This document shows positions 10,425 to 21,700 of a stretch of DNA of 64,000 nucleotides, in pieces (the stretch's first letter is position 1; the number at the start of each line of letters is the position of its first letter). The notes beneath the pieces were generated by a model. That model ran no database searches, was not told the origin of the DNA, and worked only from the letters and a program-made list of their open reading frames with translations. The position numbers and the translations under genes were made by a program. Source of the DNA: Selaginella moellendorffii (Eukaryota; Plantae; Lycopodiophyta); NCBI RefSeq assembly GCF_000143415.4, contig NW_003314349.1, positions 691,172 to 755,171 of the forward strand, in the 5' to 3' direction.

Positions 10425-12731
10425 ATGCGGGCGATTCATTCGATCGCGGCGGCTGGAGCTCCTGGAGATCGCGGCGGGAACCGGAAATCTCCTGGCTATG
10501 GCGCTGCCACTGGCGCCGGCGCTGGATCATCGAGGTAAGAATTCTCGCTCCAGTTTCAGGGTTTTCAATCGCGTTTCTGTCGCAGGTGGAGAACTCCCAA
10601 GAACAAGAGCGGCTCCAATCCTGGAATTCCGTCGATCTACGACGCGTTGCAGCAGGCGGGAGCGATTCCTGGCGTTGGTGTCGTGCTTGCGGCATTGACA
10701 GCGTGTAGAAACTCGCGAGACCTCCAAACAGGTAAGCGAGTCCATAGCTACGTTGCCGAGCGAACGAATTACTGTTCTTCAAACAGCGTGGTGGCGAACT
10801 CTGTGCTGGATATGTACGCAAAGTGTGGAAGCATGGCGGACGCGTTGCAAGCTTTCTCTGAGATGAAGCATCGGGACGTCGTTTCTTGGACTTCCATGAT
10901 CTCGGGATATGCAAGGTGTGGAGATGGCGCTCTGGCTCTTAAGTTCTTCGCGCGCATGCAAGAAGAAGGCTGTGAGCCGGATCGTGTCACGGTCATCGCA
11001 GCAGTGAAGGCATGCTCTAGCTGCGCAGAGAAGGAAGAAGCTCGCGTGATACTAGGAAGAGCAGTGAAGATCACATCGCTGGAACAGGGAAGAGCTCTTC
11101 ATTCTAGAGTCGCCAGAGCAGGATTTGTCCGGGACCTTGCTGTGGCAAACTCGCTGGTGGATATGTACTCCAAGTGTGGGAGCATGGAAGATGCACAAAA
11201 GGTGTTTGAGAGCATGAGGCAGCGGGATGTGATTTCATGGACTTCGATCATTTCGGGTTATGCACAGGCTGGGGAAGCGGAGTTTGCTCTCGAGCTTTAC
11301 TCGCGAATGCAAGACGAAGACTGCGCTCCAGATCGTGTGACTCTCCTCGCTGCGCTCAAGGCTTGTGCTAGCTTGGCGGAAGGAGAGAAAGATGGTCCCT
11401 CGAGACAACAGTGGCTGGAGCAGGGAAGGGCTATTCATTCCAAGGCCGTGGCAAGTGGAAACCAGTCGGATCACTTCGTGGCAAACTCTCTACTCGACTT
11501 CTACGCGAAGTGTGGGAGCATGGAAGACGCTTGCACTGTATTTCAGGCTATGGGTCGTCACAGCTCAATCTCGTGGAAGTGCATGATCCTGGGATATGTC
11601 CACAACGGGGAGTCCGAGCAAGCTCTCGAGTTTTACAAGCGCATGCAATCAACAGGGTGTGTGGCGGATCGTGTGACTTTACTGGCAACTTTGAAAGCTT
11701 GCTCTACCTTGACGGCGGCAGGGGCATCAGAAGAAGCACTGGGAACTGCTGAGAAAGAAAGGCTCGTAAAGTTCAGGCTCAAGTGTCTCGAAACAGGAGC
11801 ACGCATCCATTCTCAAGCTGGAACGCTGGACCTTGCAGTGGCAAACTCTCTAATCGATCTCTACGCGAAGTGCGGTCGCATCATACTTGCTCGCAATCTC
11901 TTCGAAAGCCTTCCACATAAGAACACCGTCTCATGGAACTGTATCATCATCGGGTATGCGGAGTGTGGGGAAGGCGCCGTGTCTTTGGAACTCTACAGAC
12001 AGATGCGTCACACCTCAGGCTGTGCTCCAGATGCCGGTACTTTCGTGGCCGTTTTAAAAGCTTGCTCCAGCTTGGTGGCACTGGAATTCGGGAGGCAAAT
12101 CCAGATGGAAGCTCGCAGTTTTGGACTAGAGAGAGATCCCATCGTCGCAAACGCGCTCGTTAGTTTCTTCACGAAGTGTGGGAGCATGGCCGAGGCCGAA
12201 GAGGTATTTAGTTCCATTTCGAAGAAAGATTTAGTGACATGGAGCTCATTGATCGCAGGCTATAGCTGCCGAGGCGACGCAACTCGGGTGCTGGACCTCT
12301 TCGAGAGAATGGAGAAAGTTGGCGGTGTGAAGCCAGACGGTGTTACGCTCCTCTCCGTCCTCACTGCCTGTAGCCACGCCGGCCTGGTCGACAGAGCGAA
12401 GGACGAATTCAGAGCAATGCCCCGCAAGCATGGGATTGCTCCCACGATTCAACACTACACTTGCATGGTGGAGCTTCTCGGCCGCGCGAATCAACTCGAC
12501 GAGGCAGTGAAATTGGTGAAAGGGATGAGCTGCAAGCCGGATGTTGTGATATGGAAGGCAGTGCTGGGAGCTTGCTGGAAGTGGAAGAACGTGGCGCTCG
12601 GGAGGCTTGCTTTCGAGTCCATCATGGAGCTCGACAATCAAAATGCCCCGGCTTACGTGCTCATGGCCAATCTTTATGCTGAGGCTGGGATGCTGGAAGA
12701 AGCCGCAAGGATGCGCCGAAGCGTAAGTTAA
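10425..12731 (+). CDS. PLS-class pentatricopeptide repeat protein, E subgroup without DYW (PPR-A), 2 exons, about 751 aa
   Basis: Exon 1 is 10425-10534 (MRAIHSIAAAGAPG...). A phase-2 GT-AG intron (10535-10585) joins it in frame to the 694-codon ORF. Repeated NSLVDMYSKCGSMEDA..F..M..DVISWT and PDRVT motifs; C-terminal HYTCMVELLGRA...WKAVLGAC...AYVLMANLYA E domain. Confidence 0.95.
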
Positions 12732-13179
12732 CTATCTGGTACGTGACACTTTGAGTCCCCCGTGTTAACTTTCTAAATGCCTTGTAGAAGCGATTGACAA
12801 TACAAGATCCAAAGAAGGTTATTACGGGAGGATTTTATCACTTTCGGTACCTACGGAGAAGAAACAGGTGTGAAGAGATTTTCTCATGAAGGAATTGCTT
12901 GGCTAACTGCGATCGCAATAGTTCGTTTGAAGAAAGAGTGTGCTTGCCACTTGCAACTGTAAAGCCTGGCTTGTTTTGTTTCTCTGCAAGTAAAGCACTG
13001 AGTTCGTACTGGAAGAACTATAAATCGCATGGTACGTACTCTTCGATCCAGATTTCTCCATCGTCATTGGCACTCTTAGGTGGCGAAGTTCACTTATTCT
13101 CTGGCCCTGGGCTGGTTCCGGTCGAGAACTTCTGCGTCCAAGTCGGGGGAAAGTCCTTTGAGACCTGTTCGTTTAGCCC

Positions 13180-13690
13180 AAGGCTAGCAGCAGCGTGGGA
13201 GCTTTGGAGCCTCTGAAGGGAATTGACGCAGATATCTTCAGGTGTGGACTCGAGGACATACAAGCTCCAAGGTTACTTCATGTACGCTGTGCACAGGCTG
13301 AGGCCGAACTATTTGCTGCTTCCTGCGAACGCTCCCAAGTATGGAGTCCAATTCATGAGGATGATACAAGGCTACAAGTTTCAGGCAAGAGTATTAGTGA
13401 GGGTGAACAAGATTCTGTAAGGTGACTCCAGACGCAGTTGCCTAGACGTCCATGATCCGCGATGGGGACACACGAATGGTTTTAAGCTCTTCAATGAGAT
13501 GCAAGACGAATGGCACTTCTTTGTGTGCTCACGGCGTGCAGCCATCCCAGGCTTGTCCGTGCTAAGCAAAAGTATGGAGTTTGTCTATTGACTGAAGCGC
13601 CGAGCTGGAGGAAGCGGCGAAAATGGTTCAAAGCCAGCTGCTTGACAAGAAGTGGAAGAATGCGGGCTTACTTTCGATTGGCTTGGTGAG
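13180..13690 (+). pseudogene. PPR-B remnant
   Basis: VGALEPLKGIDADIFRCGLED and later FKLFNEMQDE match PPR-B. The copy is heavily deleted and interrupted. Confidence 0.75.
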
Positions 13691-13729
13691 GAAAAATAAA
13701 AGTTAAGAAAACGATAAAAAAATTTAGAT

Positions 13730-13754
13730 TGGGGATGCCAGGAATCGAACCCGG
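13730..13754 (-). other. 3' half (T-arm and acceptor strand) of the recurring tRNA-like element
   Basis: Reverse complement CCGGGTTCGATTCCTGGCATCCCCA sits just downstream of the PPR-B remnant, as in the other copies. Confidence 0.6.
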
Positions 13755-14034
13755 AGTCTTTTTGTTTGGTCAAATAGAGGATTAACCCGAATAAAAGACC
13801 TTGCTTAGTGACATCTACGTAAAAAAAGATACTTGAAGTTTCAGGGACGTTAATCCTTTATAGAAGTGTCTCGTCGAAGGATTAAAGACCAGTACGTGTT
13901 GATCTCGACTTGTTTAAATCATAATGTTTACACGACAATGTGAAAAACATCCATTGCTCTTTTTTTTTTTTTTATAATATAGGAATTTTAAAACTTTGCG
14001 TCATAACGACTAAAGAAAGTCACAAAGATTCGAT

Positions 14035-14270
14035 GAAGCTAGCAGAAGAACGAAATCTCGGCGCTCGCTGTGACCGTGAATCGATCTTCGTCACCTTTTG
14101 TGTGGAGAGTGTAGCACACGATATATGTGAGGCTTGAAGGAGTAGCTTGACATTCCCTCCAAGCAACGTTCATCGTTTTGGTGCTGTGCCACAGGAACTT
14201 TAACACCCTTGGTGAGTTAGCTGAATTCAGCAATGATGTTATAACCTGGTCATGCTTAAATTGAAAAGAA
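14035..14270 (-). pseudogene. ART last-exon remnant, inverted relative to unit 1
   Basis: VLKFLWHSTKTMNVA...DEDRFTV is homologous to 7760-8070, with an internal deletion and frameshifts. Confidence 0.8.
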
Positions 14271-14899
14271 CTTGACCATGAATTATAATAATAAATTCTT
14301 GGCTAGTACCACAACAGGTGACCACTGATGGGATGTGCAAGACCATCTTTCTTTAATAAAGTTAATCTTTAATAGTTATAATAATAATTAATTTTAGTAA
14401 TTATTAATTTGCTTAAGCAAAGGAATGGGGTGGTAGTGAGTATACTTAGAATATTCTTGGATATTCAAGGATATTTTACCATCTAACGGTTATTATTCAT
14501 TTAGATTAATCTTATATTTATCATACCCTTATTTAAATGTGTTATTGGCATATGGCATCTGGTGAATCTAACGGTTCAAATTCAAAAACTTCAAATAGAT
14601 GGCATAGATCAAGTGCCAAAGGGGTGGCAATGCTTCAATGTGATTTTAGTGACACTTCAAATCAAGTGAAACTTTTTAGGGTGATAGGGCAGATTGTGAG
14701 CTATTCTGTGTGTGTGTGTGTGTGTTAATGTTTCCTTTTCCTTTAGTTGGAGCAAGGTTTTCATGTGCCCAGATGAGACAAGCCATTTGCTGCTTCTCAC
14801 AGCTTGCGCTCACAGTGGAGAAGTGGGCCATTGACTGAAGCTATGCCGCTCTTCTTTAGAACCTTGAAAGTAAGATTTTCAATGTTTTTTGAGAGTTTC

Positions 14900-15740
14900 C
14901 ATCTATTTATCTTTGCAGGAAAAAGATCCAGACTGGTAGTCAAGTCGCCAGAGAGAAAAGCTGAGAAAATTGGTGAAATGGCTTTATATTTTTTCGTTTT
15001 TGTGTTAGAACTAAAACTTTGCAGCTTTCTTTCAGCCTATGCAAGACAATGATTTAAATCCAAGCCTTCAGGAGGAGTACATCCCTGCTGTAAACAACTC
15101 TCCTCCATCCCCCTTGCTGCCATCAGCAAATGGTGGAACAATGTCCAGGTATGTAGTGTTTTGCTCTTTAATAACTGATGTTGCACCTTTGCCATAGGTG
15201 CTCAATCTAAGAACACTCACCTGGTCCAAAGTTGAGCAAAAGCTCCCAATGTCTCCTTTTGTCCTTGTCCATGCCACTGATCCCACCTTGTGCTGGTCAT
15301 AGCCTGGTAATTTTTTTAGCTTTTTACTTTCATCTTACAATATTCCGGAGTGTTTTCAGATTCTGAAGAACAGATGCTACTTGTTGGTGGCCACTTGAGA
15401 AACCCTTGACTCTGTCTCAGGTTAATATAATGCATTTCAGTGTCTCGCTTCAGTGCTCTCTATCTCCAGTTCATGTTTTTGATATACAGACTTTCACTTG
15501 GTTGCTTTTTCCAACATATGGACAAGCTCCGGTGCATGTGACATACTGTATCACGAACCTGAGATTGACCATTTGCTGTTTGAGGGGCCAGTCTGTTTCG
15601 CTGATCGGATCCTGTTTAGTGGAGTCATGTTTGGTGGAGAAGACTCCAATAGGTGTCTACTCAATGACCTCAACATCTGTGATCTGGAAACAATGACATG
15701 GGAGGCAATATAAGCCAGCACGGACGTATATTGCATGTGA
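14900..15740 (+). pseudogene. Kelch-repeat gene fragment (ACBP4/5-like kelch region), frameshifted
   Basis: Spliced pieces VLNLRTLTWSKVEQ, MLLVGGH, VHVFDIQTFTWLLFPTYGQAP, RGQSVSLIGSCL and MFGGEDSNRCLLNDLNICDLETMTWEAI fall in different frames. Confidence 0.7.
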
Positions 15741-17499
15741 GGTATGCTATTTTGATTATCCTTCCTGGCCTTACTCTGATTCCATTTGTCATTTTCTGTC
15801 CTGCCTAGAGATTGAGTCTCGTCTTCATGTGTTTGAATGGAGAAGAAACATTAATAGCCTTGGTTTTTTTTGAGACTGTGACTTGTATTGAGGTGGAAGC
15901 TGTCAGATGCATGTACTGAAGACATGCAAAAGCCAATCAGAGGTGTCTCCTGCTCTGAGTATTGGTGGAAGCCATTTTATAGAGGTTGGAGAATCTGCAA
16001 ATGTGCCCAAGAGCTCAATAATTTTGAAGGAATCATTAGATCGTCAGCCTATGGTATCATGTTTTTGTGCGTCTCTTCCCTGTTTGATAATGTTATTTTA
16101 CTTCTTTCCAGGAGAATGGCAGCTACAACACACCAAAGTTGCTGGAGCTTAAACAGGAGCTTGAGGTGGCTCTAGCATCACGCTAAGACGAAATAGCATG
16201 TACAGCTATGACTGGTCGAATATAAAGAAACCCTTAGCTTTTGTGAATTGCTTTAATGGCAAGGAGCTTATGCAGCATGATAGTTCATGGTAGAATGAAA
16301 TAGAGGTACTCCAGGTTTGGCATTCTTGTTGGATGTCTCTATGCTTCTCTCTGAAAGTGATGAAAAGAATGAGATTGCTACGCTCCAGGTCGTGTCAGTG
16401 CTGCTGTTGTCCACCAGCAGTGACATTCCCACCAGTGTTGCTTGCGGCAAGATCAAGATCATCATTGAGTTTTAGGCAAATTGATGAAGATGCCTGGAAA
16501 ATGAGAGATGAAAACAAGAATAGAAAGAAAAAAAAGAACCAAAAAGGCTCTGGAAATATCTGTATAGCTGAGGGCAGAGGCTCTGTATAGCTGTGAGAAG
16601 ATGCTCTGGAAATGGTTGATTAGAAACTTGAGTCTCATGATTAGAATCTTGGAGGGGTCAGGAAAACTTCCTAGCAGAGAGTAGAATTTTAAACCTTGGG
16701 AGAAAAGAAAGCTTGGATGACAAAAGCAAAGTACCTTGAGCATGTTGCATTGCATAAAATCCTGTCTTGGCTTCTTAAGACAGGAGGACATTGTGCACAT
16801 CCAAAATGTTCAACTCATGTCAAAAGTGTTTCTAAGAAGGATTTTCAAATAGAGACAGACTTGGATAGGACATTTAGATTCATACCTTGTGAAGATGCTC
16901 TCCATGTGCTTGAAAAAACTTTGGGAGGATGTAATGAGAAGGATTCCAAGTTGATGGCATTACTTGCATGTGCTTCTTGATGGCTTACAATCACTGGCCA
17001 TCGAGTGACAAGGAGTGGAAGAATTGGTGACAAAATAAATGGAAAGTGTGCATTTCAATGGCAAACCTTATTGTTTTAATCATTTTCTTGCAAAAGAATT
17101 TTGAACTAGAGAGGATAAATGTTGGTGATTTAGTGTTCTACATTCTTTGTCAAGTGTTTTAGGTTTTGGTCGTGATGAAGCAAGAGTAGTTACAACATTT
17201 TAAAAAATTCAAATAAGATCTGGAAGATGATAGTGGTTGAATTTCCATATTTATGGGAATTTGTTTTAGGACTCGGAGCATTGCTTCCTGGTAAACATTT
17301 TTTAAAGAGTCATGTGTTAAATGTACATCACAATAGTGAAATAGATTGTGCTCCCTATTTTCAACTAAGAAAAAAATTACATAAGTGACCACTAAATCTC
17401 ATTACTAAGAGAATCACAATAAATCATTATTCTGTTGTTTTATTTTTAAAAGATGTATTGTTCTATTACAAAGTATGGACAACTACATCTTCTCAAATT

Positions 17500-18800
17500 G
17501 AAATGTTCTCTACTTCTCCCGGTGGAGTTGGGGTCCCTATTAACTTATGTGTCCATTTAGAGTTAGCAGCTGGATAGCAGAGGCTTTACCACAATTGCCT
17601 ACAAGTAGAGGTGTAATTGGGAGCTTCATTCTCATTCACTGTGCAGGCAGGTTCCCACGGTCTTGGAAGGATGCCCTTCGCAGCATGACTCATCAGCTCA
17701 GTAGCAAGAATGTCTTGGTAATTGTTACTAGAGGTGGCCAGCACTAAGTGAGTAGGTTGTTATTAGTGACATGGTATGCGATGTACTACTTGAGCCATCA
17801 CATTGCCTCTTGCAATGAACAGGGCTGACTGCTTGGAAATGCACACACTAGGTGAGGGATGTGAAGCCAATGCTGGTGGTATAGGCACCAAAGAAAAGGC
17901 CAAACAACTGACTGCTGCTGCTATCATTGGCCTCTGCCCACCATTGTTTGTTTTACGTGGCTTCCAGTTCACAGCTAGGAAAGGAAGTTAAAGTTTTGCT
18001 GTGTGAAGCCAGGTTAGTATGTTAACAACATAGGCCCTACCTCCAAAGTTGGGCACCACCATCTTCTAACTCACAAAGTCCAACTTAACATACATACTGA
18101 TGGTAAAGTTGCATGACTCCCTTTTACATGCTTTTCTTTTCCATCCCAAACCAAGGAATGAATAAGCCTTTATTGCACCATAGGATGTCATGAATTATTA
18201 TTGTAATTTCTTTGTACTATACCATGTACTTTGATAAGGCAATCCTAGGAAGACCTTCTTTTGGTAATTTTTGAAGGAAATGAGCATATTTCCATAACAT
18301 CACTCCACCAAGCAAGATAATAGTAATATAGTTACTCATTAGCATTTAGACCCTGTTGGGCAAATAAACATAAATTTTGAATGAGCAGTATACCAACATC
18401 CACTTTTTGCTATCAAATTTGGCAGCAACAATAAATTCCCGAAGTACCATTATACTCTTTCTTTCGGTTTTAAAGTTATGCATAATCAACTTAGCTGCAA
18501 AGACTCATGGCAAAAGCTCATTATCATTGGATAAATTGCTAGAAGACTTGCTAGCAGTGGGGAGGATGCAAAGAGAGAATTAATGGCAACACTACTATAT
18601 TTCCTCCTTTTCCCCTCTTCCCTTTTTTTATTTTTTATAAACTATGGCCTATCAGCCTTAGAAAAGGACAATCCTAGTATCTTTGCCAGTAATTCTTCCC
18701 CTCTTCTATATGGCAAGAGTGGATGCAAGTTCTTAGCACTTGCATCATGCACCTACAAAGTTACTATGACTAACTTGTAACATCAAAAGTTGTAAATGAC
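17500..18800 (-). mobile_element. Possible non-LTR (LINE) retrotransposon relic
   Basis: Only weak, decayed motifs (FLGLP; RLIHSLVWDGKRK...VVPNFGG) resembling the region after the RT domain of L1. Confidence 0.35.
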
Positions 18801-18979
18801 TATTAACTTGTTAGACATGGCTATCTCTTTTATTTTTTTCAGACTTATGTTGTTCTGCTCCAAAGTATATATAACAACATCTTTCCATCTTTACTTTTCC
18901 TAGCTCCACTGAAAAGAAGATGTATTTATCTTAGGTATGCTATATCTCCCAGCGAAGCTGGGGTCTTTGCTAGTAACTT

Positions 18980-19860
18980 ATAAACACATTTATAATTTAT
19001 AAAATTTCTCAAACAATTCCTAGTATATTCTAGTTTATCCTACCATCTAATCATTGATATTTAATAAGATTAATCTTGTGTTTATAAATTATAAACATGT
19101 TTATAATTATAATTTTCCATTTGATTAATTGGATTAATAAATAGAAATAACACTACTATTAAGAAAACTAAGCATTGCTGCCTGCAAAGCATAATCAACA
19201 ACTGAACAATATCCATAGCACAATCAAAATTTGACATATCAATGTGATTGATTAACAGAATTACCTCTAGTAAAAGGAGCCAAAAAATAAACTAGACTTC
19301 ACTGGAAACAAAAAAGAATAAAACTTTGAGCTAAAAATTAAAATCAATCAACTTGCCATAGGGTGACTCGATTTCATTAGACATGCTTTGGGTTTGAGAA
19401 TATGCCCCAGCACAGCATCATCTCTACTACAGGGGATGGAATAGCACGCCCTATTGAGATGAAATACAGCCACTTGGGATGTAAAATGTTAAAGGTGATA
19501 GTGTTCCATTCAACCTCATCTCCCAAAACATCTCCAAAGACTCCTTGCTCCTTCCATTATGAGCATAGCAAGAGAGGATCAAGTTCCAGGATGGTTCATC
19601 CACAGATCCTGGAACACTAGTATGGAGTCACACACATGGAGATTAATGGGTTTCTATGGTGTTCTTGCTTGCTGGTGTCTCCCATGATCTAAGAGACTTA
19701 AATTCCCCATACCAGCACAAGCATTAATCATTGATAGTAGTTGAGATCATTGAGCTTGATACCATGAGCCTAGAAACTTTGAGAGCTCCCTTGCAATTGC
19801 CATTCTGGATGTAAAACCCAATCAATGCATTGTAAGTTACAGTGTTTCTTTGGCTTATGC
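18980..19860 (-). pseudogene. AT-rich dispersed repeat followed by an old PPR relic (PPR-C)
   Basis: The same block recurs at about 35.2-37.2, 41.8-43.2, 45.5-47.1 and 55.3-56.0 kb. The minus strand of a paralog reads ILSYYAQNGRSKESLEMF..GFYQPNTITF. Confidence 0.7.
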
Positions 19861-20089
19861 CAAAAGACCTCATAAGCTCATGATGATACAAAGTGCTTAA
19901 AGAAGTTTATAAATTATAAAATTCTTATAAAGTTAATCTTCATTAGTTATAAATAATAATTAATTTTAGTAATTGTTTTATACTTTTGTATATAATTCAA
20001 GACTAAATAAATGTTGTTGAACTTTGAAATATTACTCTATATATAAATAAATTGCTACGCCTTGTATGTAGTAACATTTGGTTTGCTTA

Positions 20090-20730
20090 ATAGTAGTTTC
20101 ATTTCCCAACAAATGGTAAATCTGACATGACAAATTAATTTAACTTTCTTTAGAGATTTAGATAATTGTTATGATGGGTTTGAGGTTCTAGTGGCTAGAT
20201 TCATGTTTGGGGGATCATTGAGACCAATAAGAGCTCTTGGTTGCATGTGCAAACTCATAAATCTAGAGTTTTCGCCATTATTTTTCCACTTTTTTCCATT
20301 TTGTTCAGTTTTGAAGAGATTTCTGGTGATAGACACATTCATTTTGGCTGTGCCTTGTTTAGTCAAAGTGGCTTCTCCTCCTCTTTACAATGAGTTAAAG
20401 AACCCATGATTTGGTAAAGAATTAAGCCATGTGCAAATGTTTTTCTCTTGCATTCTCCCTTATCATTACTGCTTAATTTTGGGAGTTTAAACTTGAGATT
20501 TTGGCATGGATTTGAAGAATTGCTTAGTGTGTGTTTAGATTTGGTCATGAAGATTCTAAAAAGTCCTTTCTTGATGAATGGAGCAAAAAAAAGGCATTTA
20601 GGGAATATAAAAGAGCTTAAGTTTGTGATAAAGGCATGAAAACCTTATGTCAAAGAAGTTGGGAGATATCACTCATCCCAACAAATGGTGAACCTAACAT
20701 AACAAATTAGTCTAGCTTTTTTTGGAGTGG
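20090..20730 (+). repeat. Dispersed repeat family member (also 29130-29680 + and 30600-31430 -)
   Basis: Shared blocks such as TTTTGGCATGGATTTGAAGAATTGCTT..TTTAGATTTGGTCATGA. The motif TCCCAACAAATGGT recurs at about 20104 and 20676. Confidence 0.7.
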
Positions 20731-21487
20731 AGAGATTTCAAGGTTTTAGTGTATATATTGTTAAAAAAATTACCATGTCTACTGGTTCCACCATGGTGAG
20801 CTCCACCTCCAGGGGAATGTGAGCATAATAGCATACACAACGTAGATACTACACAAAATACGTCCACTTGGTAGCACCCGATTCATCCAATCCCTTCCTC
20901 TTTGGCATCGCTCCGACTTCCAGTAGAACCCCAGCATAGAAAAGACCTGGCCATTGGATCTCTTGCCATAAAGCAATCTCAGCCGTGTTTGTGGTGACCA
21001 GTAACATTTTACAAAAATGATAATCAGTATTTTCAGAAAGCTAATTTCACGAGCGAGGCTACGTCTTTGGTATCTGATTTCATCTGTCATGCGAATTGCA
21101 TCAGCCTGGAAACCAACGAACGAGGCAGAAAGCTTATCTGATCGAAGTGAGACTGCACAACTTTTCCAGGTCTTGAGGCTGAGCATCTCTATGACTTGCT
21201 TCTGCTAACGAGGCTTGGAGCCGAATGATAGAAGTGTAAGGGAACCACGTTGCTGACATTCTCTTCCGTCTCACAATGTCAGCTGGTCTCTGTTGTAAGC
21301 AAGCAAAGAAGGCGAGATAAGTTTCGAGAATTCCACACATAACAAGCTATCGATCGAGCATAGAAGTCGAGTGAGCTTACGTGCTTAAGGTGCTTGATCG
21401 TCTTAGAGTCTGCTGGAATGACCTCCTAGTTGCCAAGCAGCATCACGACATTAGAAAATGGGCCGAAGCCTTGCAATGAACGGACAG

Positions 21488-21566
21488 CAGCTCGCAGCTC
21501 CTTGCCTTGAAGTGCACTGGGACCTTCAGCTCGCAGCTCCTCGCCTTGAAGTGCACTGGGACCTTC
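21488..21566. repeat. 39-bp tandem duplication
   Basis: CAGCTCGCAGCTCCTYGCCTTGAAGTGCACTGGGACCTT occurs twice in tandem. Confidence 0.9.
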
Positions 21567-21700
21567 GGACTTGGGAGAGTAGTTTTGAGCGCTTGTTAAT
21601 ACAAGTCGAAAATAAACATTTATTAGGATGATCAGCTTAACAAACACAAACCGCGCTTTCAAGCAAGGAAAAGATTTAGCACCGGAAGTGTAAACTAGGA

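Noticed and set aside
12500-12900. DYW deaminase domain after PPR-A
   Set aside because: The ORF stops after the E domain, and no HxE..CxxC or DYW motif is visible downstream.
16200-17030. Possible zinc-finger C-terminus (HCAHPKC) of the kelch gene
   Set aside because: It could not be spliced convincingly to the kelch exons and is too short to assign.
20779-21662. Minus-strand ORF fragments downstream of the first CR gene as a partner or immunity gene
   Set aside because: Stops in all frames and no recognisable family. It may be a decayed gene, but this is unsupported.
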